A stretch of DNA of 64,000 nucleotides from Amphiscolops sp. MND2022 (lineage: Eukaryota), in assembly GCA_964187785.1 (NCBI GenBank), contig OZ076409.1, positions 67,892,001-67,956,000 on the forward strand, read 5' to 3'. The notes under the pieces are model-generated. The model saw only the letters and a list, made by a program, of their open reading frames with translations, was not told the origin of the DNA and searched no databases. Both the position numbers and the translations under genes were made by a program. This document shows, one piece after another, positions 62,120 to 64,000 of the stretch; position 1 is the first letter of the stretch; every line of letters starts with the position of its first letter.

Positions 62120-62990
62120 ACGTCATCAATGACACTGCTGAATTGCGTAAGCTGTCACGCATGCCGAAAACTACATTTTATAGAAATTTGAAGAAAGTTA
62201 CTCAATATAGCAAATAGAAAGAAAACCCAGAAGTAGACTACCCCAACCTCTGACTCCAGACGACAAGAGATCAATATGCTAAAGAACCCTCGAAAACCAT
62301 CTTTCTTCGACCGCAAAAATAACTCGTGAGTATCGGGAAGCAAGGGATGTTCAAGTATCGATGTCCACACTCTATCGAACTTAGAAGAAGGCGGACATTT
62401 CCAACAAAAAAACACGGTAAATTCCATTGTTGACCGATGCCCAGAATTAGAACCGTTTTTCCTTCTGTCAAACTTGGTTGGTCGAAAATTTTTTCGCCAA
62501 TGAGTTTATCACCGACGAGTCAACTTTATAGAAACTGAATTTTGCACTGGTCCAAAGGTGAGAAGCCTGTGAAACCTGCACGCAAATTTTGCCCCAAAAT
62601 CATGTGGGGTGCTCTTAGCTATCGTGGATTATATTTTGAAAAGTTGTGACCGAGGGACAATTAACAGCCAACAAGATATTGATATCATCAACAACCTCAT
62701 TCGTTACGCAGATGGCCTATTTCCAGCTAGGTTGATCCTGCAACAGGACGGTGCAACTCCAAAAAGGATTCAGAGTTTGCAGTGGCCCGCCAATTCTCCG
62801 GACCTTGCACCTATTGAGAACGTCTGGGGAATACTTAAAGACGACGTTGAAAAAAACCCTAAAATTTTGCAAGATTTGATCCTGGAATCGGGGTGAAAAC
62901 TTACATTCGAACTGCAGAGAAATTTGATGGACTCTATTCCCGACCAATTTCGCCGCTGCATTGCCTCCAGAGGCAGCATTATCGAATGAC
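62120..62990 (+). pseudogene. Degenerate Tc1-family transposase in a TRPM intron
   Basis: ITDES (~62510), PKIMWGALSYRG, LQQDGA, WPANSPDLAPIENVWGILK; broken by frameshifts and deletions. Confidence 0.85.
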
Positions 62991-64000
62991 TTTCTCAAAT
63001 GTGATATGTACATAGAAAACGCTTCCGTTTCATGTGTTTTTGTTACACTTGGTTTGTTGTACGATTCACAATTTGGATATTTACATGTTCCAGTTTTTGG
63101 AAAGGAGTTATACTCTGTGTAAATGACGTTTTGCATTCATAATCGAATGCAAGCGAAGCTCTCGGTGAACAAATACTTCATCTCAAAAGAAGCACTGACT
63201 CATTGCTACTAGAATTGGCTATTGAATGGGACGATGAAGGTCTGCGAAAATAGGGATTTCTATTACCATTCAGTTCATGACCTTCAAAGAACCATTTCTA
63301 AGTGATAGCAAAATCAACCAAATGCAATTTCGATTGGTTCAAAATAATTTTATAACAAGACGCCCGCTGAGGAGCGGGATATTTTCCGCCCCGAACTGTT
63401 CTACAACTACATAAATTTGAGGCTCAAGAATAACTAATGCACTATAAAAACGCAGAGAAGTTCGAAGAAAAGAAAGCTTCGATTCATCTTTGTCCATTTT
63501 CTAATTCGCGGTCTATCTCAAAAAAAATGACAAAAATTGCATAAAAACGTTTAAAATGAGAAATTTGGAAATTTTTGTCATTTTCGGGGTTATTTTGCCA
63601 TTAAGGGGTCATTTTGTCATTAAGGGGTCATTTTGTTATTATGGGGTCATTTTCGTCATTTTCGTCATTTTTTAAAAAAAAACTCCAAAAATCTCTACAA
63701 ATACATATCGCACGAAGCTAAATTTATGTGAGTTGAATTTTATGGGTAACACCCTTAAATTTAAATATAAATAAATTCTTGGCAAATTTTGTAAAAAAAA
63801 CCCCGTTTGATTTAAATATTTTCCTTTCCCATATGAAATATGGGCGGAAAATAATAACCTTATTACTTACCCTAATTGACACTGCTGGAAACTTTTACAT
63901 GCTGACAGGCTGCATCTGGTTATTTTTTTTTGAAATTATTCAATTAACGAAGTTTCCGGTGATAAATTGTTGAGAACTACATACACTGCAGTTTCCATTG

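Overview
AT-rich, intron-containing animal (invertebrate-like) genomic DNA with a high transposon load and one 200-N gap; it is not prokaryotic. Host genes: a two-exon PACC1/TMEM206-like two-TM channel gene (+, 6420-8820); two tandem TRPM channel paralogues on the minus strand (complete at 29910-40124; 3' part at 51470-61426 with its 5' exons beyond the window); and a WSC-domain sulfotransferase gene between them (-, 43475-46180). The main feature is a 16.2-kb Ty3/Gypsy LTR retrotransposon (-, 12998-29168; 1.5-kb near-identical LTRs, ACCTA TSD). Besides gag and pol it carries a ~7-kb accessory block: a spliced, antisense, ~1100-aa gene that looks derived from a hAT transposase (N-terminal Zn finger kept, catalytic motifs apparently lost), and a divergently oriented acidic CxxC ORF in the env position that ends inside the 3' LTR. 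Arrays of one ~32-bp repeat family (CCGCATAnTGnCGyATA core) occur in both LTRs, between the two accessory genes and in an intron of the cargo gene. Also present: an intact 5.4-kb Mag-like Ty3/Gypsy element with identical LTRs inside a TRPM intron, the 5' end of a related element at the window start, a Tc1 remnant, a MITE with a 9-bp TSD, Helentron/HINE-like repeats and a 177-bp near-perfect palindrome. All family assignments come from motif recognition by eye; no database searches were run.
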